A stretch of 63,221 nt of DNA, the filler included. It is 6 parts of 6 records of this genome, joined end to end, with 100 filler letters (N's around TTAATTAATTAA, not from the genome) between each part and the next. Parts side by side here need not be neighbours in the genome. Positions count along the whole stretch, not along the records: positions 29,891 to 41,397 come from DRR723986_4873; positions 41,498 to 55,881 come from DRR723986_4874; 4 more parts are not named here. The stretch is one strand, 5' to 3'. A program made the position numbers and the translations under genes. Under the pieces are notes generated by a model. It was not told the origin of the DNA. It saw only the letters and a program-made list of their open reading frames with translations, and searched no databases. Below, piece by piece: positions 30,535 through 41,545 of the stretch (position 1 is the stretch's first letter; each line of letters opens with the position of its first letter).

Positions 30535-31821
30535 TTATTTACCCAAGCAGAAGCTGGAGAAGATTTCATCCAACAGGTTTTCCACGTCGATCCGGCCAAC
30601 CAGTGTTTCCAAGGTTCGAATCGAAGACCGCAGCTCCTCTGCCGCTATATCATAGTGTTCCGACCCTCGCGCCAATATCCCGCGCACAGTTTCAAGATTA
30701 GCTGCCGCACGTTCCATCGCAATTCGGTGTCGTTCATGCGTTGCCAATCCGGCGGCCAAACTCCGCTCTGCCAGATAGTCTTGCACCCGCTTGACCAAAG
30801 CATCAATACCCTGACCAGTTTTGCCTGATACAGCGTTTTCATCTTCGCCCAAAAGATCAGCTTTGGGTCGGACGATAATATCATCAGCGCCAGGTTCAAG
30901 CATAAGTGCCTCCCCCGGCGACGCGAGGAAAATTCGCAGATCTGCACTCCTTGCCCGGGTCATCGCAAGGTCAACACCGAGGGCTTCGATCACATCATCG
31001 CTTTCTCGCAATCCCGCAGTATCAAGAAGCGTCACCGGAAGACCGCCCAGATCCATCCGCACTTCGATAATGTCTCTGGTTGTACCGGCAATCTCAGATG
31101 TGATGGCCGCATCCCGCCCTGCAAGAGCGTTTAACAGGGTCGATTTTCCAGCATTTGGCGCACCAACAATGGCCACTTCAAACCCATTCCGAATGCGCTC
31201 CGCAATCTTGGTTCCGGCAATTTCACTGCCCAGATCGGCCATCACACCTGTCAGCAGATCATCAACTTCAGGCGTTACATCAACGGGCACATCTTCGTCA
31301 GCGAAATCAATCGTGGCTTCCAACAACGCCGCTGCCCGGATCAGATCTTTGCGCCACCGCTCCACCTGATCACCAAGGTGACCGGACAGAACCCGAAACG
31401 CCTGTTTCCGCTGCGCTTCTGTTTCAGCTTCGATTAAATCGGCCAGGCCTTCGACCTGCGCCAAATCCAGACGCTCATTCTCAAGTGCCCGTCGGGTAAA
31501 CTCCCCCGCCTCAGCCAAACGCGCATCAGGAAAAGATGCAAGAAGCTCAAGACAAGACCGGACCACCGCGATGCTGCCATGCAATTGAAATTCAACAACA
31601 TCTTCACCGGTGAAACTGTTCGGCGCAGCGAATGACAGGATCAAGGCCTCGTCAATCACCTCTCCGTTCAGTGTCTTTATCTCCCGCAAGCCTGCCCGAT
31701 GGGATTTGGGCAGTGTGCCAACAATGCTACCTGCAATGTCAAAGGCAGACGGTCCCGACAGGCGGACAACAGAAACGCCAGCCCGCCCCCCAGCTGTCGC
31801 TTGGGCAAAGATCGTGTCCAT
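30535..31821 (-). CDS. mnmE: tRNA modification GTPase
   Basis: [39 protein letters not shown]. Confidence 0.97.
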   Translation of the reverse strand: MDTIFAQATAGGRAGVSVVRLSGPSAFDIAGSIVGTLPKSHRAGLREIKTLNGEVIDEALILSFAAPNSFTGEDVVEFQLHGSIAVVRSCLELLASFPDARLAEAGEFTRRALENERLDLAQVEGLADLIEAETEAQRKQAFRVLSGHLGDQVERWRKDLIRAAALLEATIDFADEDVPVDVTPEVDDLLTGVMADLGSEIAGTKIAERIRNGFEVAIVGAPNAGKSTLLNALAGRDAAITSEIAGTTRDIIEVRMDLGGLPVTLLDTAGLRESDDVIEALGVDLAMTRARSADLRIFLASPGEALMLEPGADDIIVRPKADLLGEDENAVSGKTGQGIDALVKRVQDYLAERSLAAGLATHERHRIAMERAAANLETVRGILARGSEHYDIAAEELRSSIRTLETLVGRIDVENLLDEIFSSFCLGK

Positions 31822-31852
31822 AATGCATAACCTATTGTTATTATTAAATAAC

Positions 31853-33124
31853 TCAGGTGTTCATCGAATCGAAGAAATCCGAATTGGTCTTGGTTTGTTT
31901 GAGCTTACCAATCAGGAATTCAATCGCATCCGTGGTTCCCATCGGGTTGAGAATCCGGCGCAGAACAAAGGTTTTCTGCAGATCAACCTTATCAACCAAC
32001 AGATCTTCCTTCCGGGTGCCGGATTTGAGGATGTCGATGGCTGGGAACACCCGCTTGTCAGCGATCTTGCGATCCAGAACAATCTCGGAGTTACCTGTGC
32101 CTTTGAACTCTTCAAAGATCACCTCGTCCATGCGGCTGCCTGTGTCGATCAAGGCCGTGGCGATGATGGTCAGGGAACCGCCCTCTTCGATGTTACGCGC
32201 AGCACCAAAGAAACGTTTGGGGCGTTGCAATGCGTTGGCATCCACACCACCGGTCAAAACCTTACCCGACGACGGGACAACAGTGTTGAACGCACGGCCA
32301 AGTCGCGTGATGGAATCGAGCAGGATCACAACATCGCGCTTGTGTTCGACCAGACGCTTGGCCTTTTCGATGACCATATCAGAAACCGCCACGTGACGCG
32401 TCGCAGGTTCATCAAAGGTGGAGGACACGACCTCGCCCTTTACAGAGCGCTGCATGTCGGTGACTTCTTCGGGGCGTTCGTCGATAAGCAGAACGATCAG
32501 ATAACACTCTGGGTGATTTTTCTCGATCGAGTTGGCAATATTTTGCAGCAGAACCGTTTTACCCGTGCGCGGCGGCGCGACGATCAAGGATCGCTGGCCT
32601 TTGCCGATGGGTGACACCAGATCAATGATCCGCGCAGAACGGTCTTTGACGGTTGGATCTTCGACTTCCATCGTCAGACGCTCATCAGGATAGAGCGGCG
32701 TGAGGTTTTCAAAGGCAACCTTGTGGCGGGCCTTCTCAGGCTCTTCAAAGTTGATCTTGGTGACCTCTGTCAGGGCAAAGTAGCGTTCACTGTCGTCAGG
32801 GGCCTTAATCAGCCCCTCAATGGTATCTCCGGTCCGCAGGGACCATTGGCGGATCATCTCAGGCGAGACGTAGATATCATCGGGGCCCGGCAGATAGTTC
32901 GCCTCGGGGGAGCGCAGAAAGCCAAAACCGTCCTGCAACACTTCCAAAACGCCGTCACCTGAAATTTCCCAGCCTTCATCCGCGCGTTCACGCAGGATCT
33001 GGAACATCATTTCGCCCTTGCGCATCGTAGAGGCGTTTTCGATCTCAAGCTCTTCGGCCATCGCCAAAAGGTTCTTGGGCGTTTGCGCCTTCAGGTCGGC
33101 AAGGTTCAGCGTATCGGTTGTCAT
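31853..33124 (-). CDS. rho: Transcription termination factor Rho
   Basis: [38 protein letters not shown]. Confidence 0.98.
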   Translation of the reverse strand: MTTDTLNLADLKAQTPKNLLAMAEELEIENASTMRKGEMMFQILRERADEGWEISGDGVLEVLQDGFGFLRSPEANYLPGPDDIYVSPEMIRQWSLRTGDTIEGLIKAPDDSERYFALTEVTKINFEEPEKARHKVAFENLTPLYPDERLTMEVEDPTVKDRSARIIDLVSPIGKGQRSLIVAPPRTGKTVLLQNIANSIEKNHPECYLIVLLIDERPEEVTDMQRSVKGEVVSSTFDEPATRHVAVSDMVIEKAKRLVEHKRDVVILLDSITRLGRAFNTVVPSSGKVLTGGVDANALQRPKRFFGAARNIEEGGSLTIIATALIDTGSRMDEVIFEEFKGTGNSEIVLDRKIADKRVFPAIDILKSGTRKEDLLVDKVDLQKTFVLRRILNPMGTTDAIEFLIGKLKQTKTNSDFFDSMNT

Positions 33125-33247
33125 GAATAATCCTGTGCAGCCCTGGCAAAGGCGGGGCTGTGCGTCATTGGAATGTAAATGCTAGATCGCCCTCCCGGAC
33201 GGGAAGGTGCGCATGGTATAAGCAGCCGCCAAGAGACTGTCAATATT

Positions 33248-33697
33248 TCAGAATTTGACGACCACAGAGATCACGATCACGATCAGCAAAACAGTCGGCA
33301 CCTCGTTCATCATGCGGTATTGGCGACCGGTGATATGGTTCTCGCCTCTTTGAAAGGCCTTCATACGAATGACCAACCAAGTGTGGAATACTGTCATCAA
33401 AATAACGCAGAATGCCTTGGTGTAGGGCCAGACCGCAGACCAATCGACGATCCCCGGTGTGAAAATCAGCAAAAGGCCAAAGGTCCAGGTGGCATGCATC
33501 GCCGGGCGCATGATCACATTGGCCAGTTTGAATTCCATCATGGCAAAGAGATCATGCTTTTCTCCGCTGAGGCCCGCCTGTTCGGTATGATGCACAAACA
33601 GGCGAGGCAGATAAAACAGCGCAGCCATCCAAGCGATGACCGAGATGATATGCAAGGATTTGGTCCAAGGGTAAGCAAGGGCAAGCAGATCAGACAT
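33248..33697 (-). CDS. hemJ: Protoporphyrinogen IX oxidase HemJ
   Basis: KSLHIISVIAWMAALFYLPRLFVHH, RMMNEVPT. Confidence 0.92.
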   Translation of the reverse strand: MSDLLALAYPWTKSLHIISVIAWMAALFYLPRLFVHHTEQAGLSGEKHDLFAMMEFKLANVIMRPAMHATWTFGLLLIFTPGIVDWSAVWPYTKAFCVILMTVFHTWLVIRMKAFQRGENHITGRQYRMMNEVPTVLLIVIVISVVVKF

Positions 33698-33699
33698 AT

Positions 33700-34102
33700 C
33701 CCACTCCGTTCTTTCAGCCCTTCTTATAATAATAAGAAAGATAAGAAAGATGATGTTGTTTGTAGGGAGCAGAAAACCTGTGGATTAACAAATTATTCAG
33801 GATTTATCCCGAACTGAAGAACTCTGATCGTGCGCTGTGCATCAAAATTGGCTAAAGAACAATTAATCTCATAAAAACAGAGAGTTAACATATAGATTTG
33901 GCCAAAAACTGGGGGATAACTCGCGGGATAAGAAGAGCGGTAAACGATTCCTCCCCCATTGAGAGTTTTCCTTATCCAGCTGGGAGGGAATCGCGGACAA
34001 GCCAGCGGTTTTGGCAAAAACCGTCAAACGTACCCTCAGCTTTTGAATTCTGCACCAGAAGTCCTTAAGAAATGCCTAACGTCACACACAAGGTTATCCA
34101 CA
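33700..34102. other. oriC: Probable chromosomal replication origin (oriC)
   Basis: hemJ/maf intergenic region with an AT-rich tract (33721-33757), a perfect DnaA box TTATCCACA (34094-34102) and near boxes at 33779, 33804, 33911, 33923 and 33972; close to parS and mnmG. Confidence 0.75.
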
Positions 34103-34701
34103 TGCCACAGCCGTTCATTTTGGCCTCCGGCTCTGAAATCCGTCACAAGTTGCTTGATCAAGCGGGTGTGCTACATCAGATTGCCAAACCGCGCGTTGAC
34201 GAAGACATGATCAAAGCGGCGCTTTTGGCAGAGGATGCAACACCCCGCGACATTGCCGATGCCCTTGCCGAGATGAAAGCGACCAAGATCAGCGAGAAAA
34301 ACCCCGGTGCATTGGTTCTGGGTTGTGATCAGGTGCTCGATCATCGCGGAACGTTATTGTCCAAGCCCGAAACACCTCAGGACGCCATTGATCAACTTCA
34401 GTCATTGCGAGGGGATCGGCACAGTTTGCTGTCGGCTGCCGTTCTGTGCGAAGACGGAAAACCCATTTGGCGGCATGTCGGGCAGGTGCGTTTGCGGATG
34501 CGTGAGACCAGTGATGCCTATCTGCAAGACTACGTTGATCGCAATTGGAACAGCATCCGTCATGCGGTTGGCTGCTATAAGCTCGAAGAAGAAGGTGTGC
34601 GTTTGTTTTCCAACATACAGGGGGATTACTTTCATGTCCTTGGTATGCCACTTTTGGAACTGCTCAATTATCTGACCCTGCGCGGAGATCTTCCCACATG
34701 A
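34102..34701 (+). CDS. maf: Maf-family nucleoside triphosphate pyrophosphatase
   Basis: ILASGSEIR, VLGCDQVL, VGCYKLE, LGMPL; start placed at MPQPF. Confidence 0.93.
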   Translation: MPQPFILASGSEIRHKLLDQAGVLHQIAKPRVDEDMIKAALLAEDATPRDIADALAEMKATKISEKNPGALVLGCDQVLDHRGTLLSKPETPQDAIDQLQSLRGDRHSLLSAAVLCEDGKPIWRHVGQVRLRMRETSDAYLQDYVDRNWNSIRHAVGCYKLEEEGVRLFSNIQGDYFHVLGMPLLELLNYLTLRGDLPT

Positions 34702-35531
34702 CTTTGGCAAAAATTCCACTGGCGGGTGTGATCGGATCCCCGATAGCGCATTCTAAATCTCCGCAAGTTCATGGGCATTGGCTCAAGACCTATGGCATTC
34801 AGGGGCATTATATCCCGATGGATGTCGCCGCCGCTGATCTGGAACAGGTGATCCGCAGCTTGCCGCGCATGGGGTTTGTCGGGGTGAATGTCACGATCCC
34901 CCACAAAGAAGCAGTCATACAAATCGCGGATCTTGTCACGGATCGCGCCATCCTTATCGGTGCGTCGAACACGTTGATATTCCGCAAAGATGGCAAAATT
35001 CATGCCGACAATACAGACGGTTATGGGTTTCTTGAGAATCTGAAGACGGGCGCGCCAAATTGGCAGCCCAAATCTGGCCCTGCTGCCATCCTGGGTGCTG
35101 GCGGCGCGGCGCGGGCGGTGATTGCGTCACTGTTGGATGCAGGTGTGCCGGAAATTTACATCTCCAACCGCACACGGGTCAGGGCCGAGAAACTGGTATC
35201 GGATTTTGGCAACCGCTTGCGGGTGTTTGACTGGGTTCAGGCGGGAAATATGCTGGATGATGCCGCCCTGGTGGTGAATACAACGTCACTTGGTATGGTT
35301 GGCAAAGGGGAGCTGCGCGTCCCGCTGGATGGGCTGACAAAAGATACAGTGGTGACAGATTTGGTCTATGCGCCGCTCAAAACCAACCTATTGGCCACCG
35401 CAGAAGAGATGGGCTGTACCACTGTTGATGGTTTGGGCATGCTGCTGCATCAAGCGGTGCCGGGCTTTGAACGCTGGTTCGGCAAACGCCCGGAAGTGGA
35501 CCGCGCCACCCGTGCGGCGGCACTGCGCTGA
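34698..35531 (+). CDS. aroE: Shikimate dehydrogenase
   Basis: HSKSP, GVNVTIPHK, NTDGYG, GAGGAARA, GLGMLLHQA. Confidence 0.96.
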   Translation: MTLAKIPLAGVIGSPIAHSKSPQVHGHWLKTYGIQGHYIPMDVAAADLEQVIRSLPRMGFVGVNVTIPHKEAVIQIADLVTDRAILIGASNTLIFRKDGKIHADNTDGYGFLENLKTGAPNWQPKSGPAAILGAGGAARAVIASLLDAGVPEIYISNRTRVRAEKLVSDFGNRLRVFDWVQAGNMLDDAALVVNTTSLGMVGKGELRVPLDGLTKDTVVTDLVYAPLKTNLLATAEEMGCTTVDGLGMLLHQAVPGFERWFGKRPEVDRATRAAALR

Positions 35532-36121
35532 TGTTTCTGCTTGGGCTGACCGGATCTATCGGTATGGGCAAATCGACCACTGCCCAGATGTTCGCCGACG
35601 AAGGCTGTGCCGTTTGGGACGCGGACGCGGCGGTGCACCGTCTTTATGCCAAAGGTGGCGCAGCAGTGCCATTGTTCGCAGAGGCCTTTCCTCAAGCGAT
35701 TGTTGATGGTGCCGTTTCGCGTCCCGCACTCAAAGACATCATCGCAAGTGATCCTGCCGCGCTGAAACAAATTGAACAGATCGTGCATCCGCTTGTGGGC
35801 AAAGACCGGGCTGATTTTATTGCTGCCGCCACCAGCGACATCATCGTGCTGGATATCCCGATCCTGTTTGAAACCGGGGGCGATGCACATATGGACGCGG
35901 TCGCCTGTGTGACCGTCGATCCGCAAACCCAAAAGGAACGGGTGATGGCACGCGGCACTATGACCGAAGCGCAATTTGAAACAATCCGCGCCAAACAGAT
36001 GCCGAACGATGACAAATGTGCCCGGTCTGATTTTATCATTCCTACAGACACCCTTGAAACTGCGCGAAAAGCGGTGAAAACCACATTACAGGCCATTCGG
36101 GAAAGGCTAGACCATGCGTGA
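35531..36121 (+). CDS. coaE: Dephospho-CoA kinase
   Basis: GLTGSIGMGKST, DADAAVH, DIPILFE. Confidence 0.96.
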   Translation: MFLLGLTGSIGMGKSTTAQMFADEGCAVWDADAAVHRLYAKGGAAVPLFAEAFPQAIVDGAVSRPALKDIIASDPAALKQIEQIVHPLVGKDRADFIAAATSDIIVLDIPILFETGGDAHMDAVACVTVDPQTQKERVMARGTMTEAQFETIRAKQMPNDDKCARSDFIIPTDTLETARKAVKTTLQAIRERLDHA

Positions 36122-36800
36122 GATTGTTCTCGATACGGAAACAACGGGCTTTGATCCAGAAAGCGGCGACCGGATTGTCGAGATTGGCGCGGTCGAGTTG
36201 ATGGGCCATATGGCAACGGGCGAAACCTATCACGTCTATATCAACCCCGAACGCTATATGCCCGATGAGGCGTTTCAGGTGCACGGGCTTGGGGATGAGT
36301 TTCTGGCCGATAAACCCAAGTTTGCGGAAATCGGGCAGAGCTTTCTGGATTTCATTGGCGATTCCAAACTCATCATTCACAACGCCAGCTTTGACATCAA
36401 GTTTCTCAATGCAGAACTGAAATGGATGAACCTGCCGCAAATCCCGTGGGAACAGGCCATTGATACGCTGGCGATTGCTCGCAAACGGTTTCCCGGATCG
36501 CCGGCATCGTTGGATGCGCTGTGCCGTAGGTTTGGTATCGACAACAGCTCGCGCACCCTGCACGGCGCTTTGCTCGACAGTGAAATTCTGGCGGAAGTGT
36601 ATCTTGAACTGATCGGCGGGCGGCAGCCTGACTTTGCTTTGTCATCCGCGCCGGATCAAAAATCGGGGACTGTCGTTGAGGCGTGGAAACCCAAACCGCG
36701 ACCAACCCCCCTGCCCTCAAGGCTGAGTGAGGAAGAAGCCGCCGCCCATGCCGAATTTCTCGGGCAATTGGGCGACGACGTGCTTTGGTCTAAGACTTAA
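36114..36800 (+). CDS. dnaQ: DNA polymerase III epsilon subunit
   Basis: LDTETTG, HNASFD, HGALLDSEILAEVY. Confidence 0.97.
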   Translation: MREIVLDTETTGFDPESGDRIVEIGAVELMGHMATGETYHVYINPERYMPDEAFQVHGLGDEFLADKPKFAEIGQSFLDFIGDSKLIIHNASFDIKFLNAELKWMNLPQIPWEQAIDTLAIARKRFPGSPASLDALCRRFGIDNSSRTLHGALLDSEILAEVYLELIGGRQPDFALSSAPDQKSGTVVEAWKPKPRPTPLPSRLSEEEAAAHAEFLGQLGDDVLWSKT

Positions 36801-37270
36801 GCGTTCTCAGGTGACGCCTCTGCCTGGCGGCGCGCCACTTCGTTGCGGTACATTGACATAAAGTCGATGTTTTCAAGGTTCAGCGGCGGGAACCCACCAT
36901 CACGGGTGACATCGCTGACCACGCGGCGCAGGAACGGGAAGATCATGCGCGGGCATTCGATCAACAGGAACGGATGGATCTGGTCGTCCGGCACGTTCTC
37001 GATGTGGAAGATGCCGACATAGTCGATCTCAAGCACAAACAGCGTTGTGTCCGTGCCTTTGTTCTTGGATGTCACGTTCAGCTTGATCGCGCTTTCGTAC
37101 TGGTGATCGGTGCCATGCTTTTTCGCATCAAGGTTCACCTGAACCTGCACGTCTGGCTGGACGTCAGACGGGGCGCCTTGCTGTGCCATGATGTTTTCAA
37201 AAGACATGTCGCGGATATATTGCCCCAAGACACGCATCTGTGGTTGTGCTGGTGCTGCTTCTTCGGCCAT
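36797..37270 (-). CDS. secB: Protein-export chaperone SecB
   Basis: QYIRDMSFE, CPRMIFPF, GGFPPLNLENIDF. Confidence 0.96.
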   Translation of the reverse strand: MAEEAAPAQPQMRVLGQYIRDMSFENIMAQQGAPSDVQPDVQVQVNLDAKKHGTDHQYESAIKLNVTSKNKGTDTTLFVLEIDYVGIFHIENVPDDQIHPFLLIECPRMIFPFLRRVVSDVTRDGGFPPLNLENIDFMSMYRNEVARRQAEASPENA

Positions 37271-37328
37271 CGGATTTTCCCTCAAGAAATATAAATCCCA
37301 GCGGGCTTAGCAGGTTGGCACGCGGCCC

Positions 37329-37808
37329 TCAATGCTTTGTCCAGCCTGAAGGGCCTCTGTCCGTATCTGCCGGTTCGGAAATCTCGTGATAATCGCCATC
37401 AATGATATCATCCCGATGTGGATCTGACCGTGGTGGGCCGCTACGCTGTGCGAAACCCTGAACGTTGATCCGCGCTCGGATCGCGTGAAAGGCGGCCTGT
37501 CTGAACTGCGGCACCAAAAGCGCAAAACCAACCGCATCGGTGAAAAACCCCGGTGTCAGTAGCAAAGCACCGGCAAACAGGATCATTGCGCCATGCACCA
37601 AAGGTTCGGTGGGGTCGCGCAATTCCGAAAAAGAGCTGCGCAATTGTCCCAGCGCCATCATCCCCTGATTGCGGACCAGCCATGTGCCCAGAAACGCTGT
37701 GACCAGCACAATGGCCAAGGTCCAGCCAAGACCAATCGCGCCCCCCACCTGGATGAACAGACTGATCTCAATCAGCGGTACAGCGATAAATGCGATCAAA
37801 AGCCACAT
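37329..37808 (-). CDS. fxsA: FxsA-family membrane protein
   Basis: PLIEISLFIQVG, LLLTPGFFTD. Confidence 0.92.
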   Translation of the reverse strand: MWLLIAFIAVPLIEISLFIQVGGAIGLGWTLAIVLVTAFLGTWLVRNQGMMALGQLRSSFSELRDPTEPLVHGAMILFAGALLLTPGFFTDAVGFALLVPQFRQAAFHAIRARINVQGFAQRSGPPRSDPHRDDIIDGDYHEISEPADTDRGPSGWTKH

Positions 37809-37912
37809 ATGCAAACGTCCTTTCAGGTGGGGCGGAGTGGACTTGCCCCAGTCAAGCACCTACATAAGAGCTTAACCGTTATGTTTCCATGCTTTGCCCA
37901 AACGAGGTCCCG

Positions 37913-38572
37913 ATGAATTCACCTATAATACAGCTTCTGGTGTTGGCCGGTATTGCAGTATTCCTGATTTTGCGCCTGAAAAACGTGTTGGGAACGCGCG
38001 AAGGCTTTGAAAAGCCTCCCGTCATCGATCAAGAGCCGGCACGCCGTTCAGGCCCCGCATTCGAGGTGATCGAAGGTGGGCCGGATCTGGATATCACCGA
38101 TCATGTTCCAGAAGACAGTGACGCTGGCAAGGCACTGGCCGAGATGAAGCGGCTTGAGCCGTCTTTTGGCGTCAGCGATTTCCTTGGCGGCGCACGCGGC
38201 GCTTATGAAATGATCGTTATGGGGTATGAACGCGGTGAACTGGCCGAGATCCAGCCGTTCCTGTCCGAAGACATCTATGAAAGCTTTGTTGACGGTGTGG
38301 CCGCCCGCGAAGATCAGGGTCTGACCATTGAGGCCAATTTTATCGGTGTGCGCGAAATGGAACTGGTGAATGCCACGCTGGATCCCGACACCAGAGAAGC
38401 CGAAATGACAATCCGTTTCGTGGCCGAACTGACCTCTGCCGTGCGCGATCGCGGCGGTGATATCGTCGAAGGCAGCGTCACGGACATCAAACGCCAGAAA
38501 GACACATGGGTGTTTGCCCGCATCATGGGCTCGGATGATCCGAATTGGCTGCTGGTTTCTACAGACGGGTAA
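37913..38572 (+). CDS. Tim44/TimA-family adaptor protein
   Basis: LRLKNVLGTREG, FLGGARGAYEMI, DTWVFAR, DPNWLLV. Confidence 0.9.
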   Translation: MNSPIIQLLVLAGIAVFLILRLKNVLGTREGFEKPPVIDQEPARRSGPAFEVIEGGPDLDITDHVPEDSDAGKALAEMKRLEPSFGVSDFLGGARGAYEMIVMGYERGELAEIQPFLSEDIYESFVDGVAAREDQGLTIEANFIGVREMELVNATLDPDTREAEMTIRFVAELTSAVRDRGGDIVEGSVTDIKRQKDTWVFARIMGSDDPNWLLVSTDG

Positions 38573-39606
38573 CCGGTGCGCTTGCCGCACTGGCCATGGT
38601 GGGGATCGCTGAGGTGAGCCCCGCAAACGCCAGTGATGTGACTTATCAGGTGCTGTCTTTTGACCAGCTGGACGGCTGGGCAAAAGACGATCATGAACAG
38701 GCGCTCAAGGTTTTTCTCAATACCTGCCGTGACATGAAAGACCCCGATTGGCGGGCGCTGTGCCAGTTTGCCGAAGCCGATCCCGAGCCGCGACAGTTTT
38801 TCGAATTGTTCTTTCGCCCTGTCTTGATCGAAGACGGCCAAGACGCCCTGTTCACCGGTTATTTCGAGCCGGAACTGGACGGTGATCTTTACCGGTCTGC
38901 GCGATATCGTTATCCGGTCTACAAAATGCCGCCCGAGGCATTGCGCAACAATCCTTGGCTGACCCGCCGAGAGATCCTGAGCAGCGATGTGATGGCGGGC
39001 CGCGGGCTTGAAATCGCATGGGTCGATGATCCGGTTGAGCTATTTTTTCTGCAAATCCAAGGGTCTGGTCGCATTCGCCTGCCCGGAGGGCGGTCCATCC
39101 GTGTCGGTTATCGCGGCTCCAACGGACATCCTTATAGATCCATCGGTGTGGAATTGGTGCGCCGCGGTGTCTATGACGCCCATCAAGTCAGTGCGCAGGT
39201 GATCAAGAACTGGGTGCGGCGCAATCCGGTGCAGGGGCGCGATCTGTTGTTTCACAATCCATCTTACGTGTTCTTTCGGGAGGTCAGCAAAGTGCCAGCA
39301 GATCAAGGGCCACTGGGCGCGATGAACCGGTCTGTGACAGACATGCGATCCGTGGCTGTTGACCCGCGCTATGTGACATTGGGTGCGCCTGTCTGGTTGG
39401 AGAAAGACGGCAAAAACCCACTGCGCCGTTTGATGATCGCGCAGGACACAGGATCGGCGATCAAAGGCGCGCAGCGGGCCGATATTTTCTTTGGCACAGG
39501 TGATCGGGCCGGACGGGCTGCAGGCAAGCTGCGCGATCCGGGGCGTATGGTTGTGCTGATGCCGATCCAACGCGCCTATGCCTTGCTGCCGGAAAGCGCG
39601 ATATGA
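38545..39606 (+). CDS. mltA: Lytic murein transglycosylase A
   Basis: FTGYFEP, FFLQIQGSG, NPSYVFF, AQDTGSAIKG; exact start uncertain. Confidence 0.92.
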   Translation: MAAGFYRRVTGALAALAMVGIAEVSPANASDVTYQVLSFDQLDGWAKDDHEQALKVFLNTCRDMKDPDWRALCQFAEADPEPRQFFELFFRPVLIEDGQDALFTGYFEPELDGDLYRSARYRYPVYKMPPEALRNNPWLTRREILSSDVMAGRGLEIAWVDDPVELFFLQIQGSGRIRLPGGRSIRVGYRGSNGHPYRSIGVELVRRGVYDAHQVSAQVIKNWVRRNPVQGRDLLFHNPSYVFFREVSKVPADQGPLGAMNRSVTDMRSVAVDPRYVTLGAPVWLEKDGKNPLRRLMIAQDTGSAIKGAQRADIFFGTGDRAGRAAGKLRDPGRMVVLMPIQRAYALLPESAI

Positions 39607-40184
39607 AAAAGCGTGGTTTGAACGACGAAGATCTGGCGCTCTGGCGCAAGGTGACAGACCGGACCGAGCGGCTTGACCTCAAATCGCTGTTCCGGGCCGA
39701 AATTGACGCCCCGCATCCGACCGCGCCAGCCATCCGCCGTGCCCAAGCCGCGCTCAGCGGTAAGGGCAGTGGAATGCCGCGCAAGGCGCCCACATCCGTC
39801 TCGCCCGCCTTTGCAGATCCGCTTGGGCCGGCTTCGGTTCAGATGGACAAAAAGGCCTTTATCAAACTCAAACGCGGCAAGATCAAACCCGAAGGCAAGA
39901 TTGATCTGCACGGCATGACCCTTGATCAGGCGCATCCGGTGCTCAACCGGTACATACTGAATGCCCATCGCAGCGGTAAACGTCTGGTTCTGGTGGTCAC
40001 GGGCAAGGGCAAGCGCCGCGATGAAGGGGGGCCAATACCCGTGCGCTATGGGGTGCTGCGCCATCAGGTGTTGCATTGGCTGAACGCGCCGCCCCTGTCA
40101 TCGGTGGTGATGCAGGTCAGCCAGGCCCATGTCAGCCATGGGGCCGACGGCGCCTATTATGTCTATCTGCGGCGGCACCGCTAA
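39603..40184 (+). CDS. Smr/MutS2-domain protein
   Basis: IDLHGMT, VVTGKG, HGADGAYYVYL. Confidence 0.92.
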   Translation: MKKRGLNDEDLALWRKVTDRTERLDLKSLFRAEIDAPHPTAPAIRRAQAALSGKGSGMPRKAPTSVSPAFADPLGPASVQMDKKAFIKLKRGKIKPEGKIDLHGMTLDQAHPVLNRYILNAHRSGKRLVLVVTGKGKRRDEGGPIPVRYGVLRHQVLHWLNAPPLSSVVMQVSQAHVSHGADGAYYVYLRRHR

Positions 40185-41397
40185 CGGCCCAAAGTGGGCC
40201 GGTATCTGACGATGCCAAGGGTCGCAAGGCCCGCTGCGGCAAAATAATAGATCGCGATTGGCAACATCTGATCGGGGAAATCGACGCCAAAATCAATGAA
40301 CGCGCCGGTGACCCCTGGCCCGATGGCGGACCCAAAAACCATCAAGGCAGCCGCGACAGATTTGATAGATCCGATATGGCGCGTGCCATAGTATTCGGGC
40401 CAAAACGCAGAGGCACCAGTGGATTGCAGCCCCTGCCCCACGCCAAAGATCATCAGACCGATCCCTGCCCAAAAGATCGTATCGGCATAGGCCAGCACAG
40501 CAAAGCCAAGGCCGAAAGGGATCATTTGCACAGGTACCACCCGGCTGACACCAAAGCGGTCAATCGCCCAACCCGAGGCAAAGGTCGCCACGACTGCCGC
40601 CAGCGTATAGATGGGCATCAGTGCCACAAACGCGACCAGCTCCCACCCCTTAACCTCCACCAGATGCACTTGCTGAAAGAACAATGCAGTGCCCCAGGCG
40701 GAGGGGCCAACAACCATCGGGATCATCAGGAAAAACAAGCCGGAGCGCAGCATTTCACCGCGTGTCCAGTGCCGCCCGTGCATCCCGGCGATCTGCGCTT
40801 CGTCCGCCATGCTTTGCGGTGTGCGTTCGCGGCGCAGCAGGATCAGCAGGAATGGAATGGTCAGGATCACCAGCACAGCTGCAAGCAACCAAAGACTGCG
40901 CCAATGCATCACAGCAAAAAGCGCGACAAACACGACCGGCAAAATCGCCTGCCCCGCGGCAAACCCCATAGACGCCAGCGAAAGCGCCTTGCCGCGTGAG
41001 GCCTCGAACCAGCGCACCATCGCCACCGCGCCCAGTTGCGACATCATCCCCTGCCCCGTCAGCCGCAGCGCATAGATGACAAAAACCAGCATGATCCAGC
41101 CCGACACGCCAGCCATCGCCACACAGGCCAAGGCAAGCGCAATCATCACCAACAGCGCCAGCGCCCGCACGCGAAACCGGTCCGTCAGGACGCCTGCCCA
41201 GATCATTGTGATCGCAGAAAGGGTTGTCCCGATGGTGTAAATGCCGCCCCATTGTCCGTCAGACAGGCCAAAATCACCTTTGATTTCACCCGCGAACAAC
41301 GAGATGAAATAGGTCTGCCCATAGGACGAGGTGAACGTGATCAGAAACCCGGCCAGCAGAAAAAGCCAGTTCCGGTGCATAAATCGGAAATAATCCA
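40181..41397 (-). CDS. MFS transporter, 5' end at the contig edge
   Basis: SSYGQTYFISLF, GVLTDRFRVR, WPEYYGTRHIGSIK; about 12 TM segments. Confidence 0.88.
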
Positions 41398-41497
41398 NNN
41401 NNNNNNNNNNNNNNNNNNNNNNNNNNNNNNNNNNNNNNNNNTTAATTAATTAANNNNNNNNNNNNNNNNNNNNNNNNNNNNNNNNNNNNNNNNNNNN
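41398..41497. other. Artificial contig spacer
   Basis: N-run with central TTAATTAATTAA. Confidence 0.99.
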
Positions 41498-41545
41498 GGG
41501 GGAGGATCCCCCCGCGGATCGACGCCGACAGGCGGCGAAACACCC

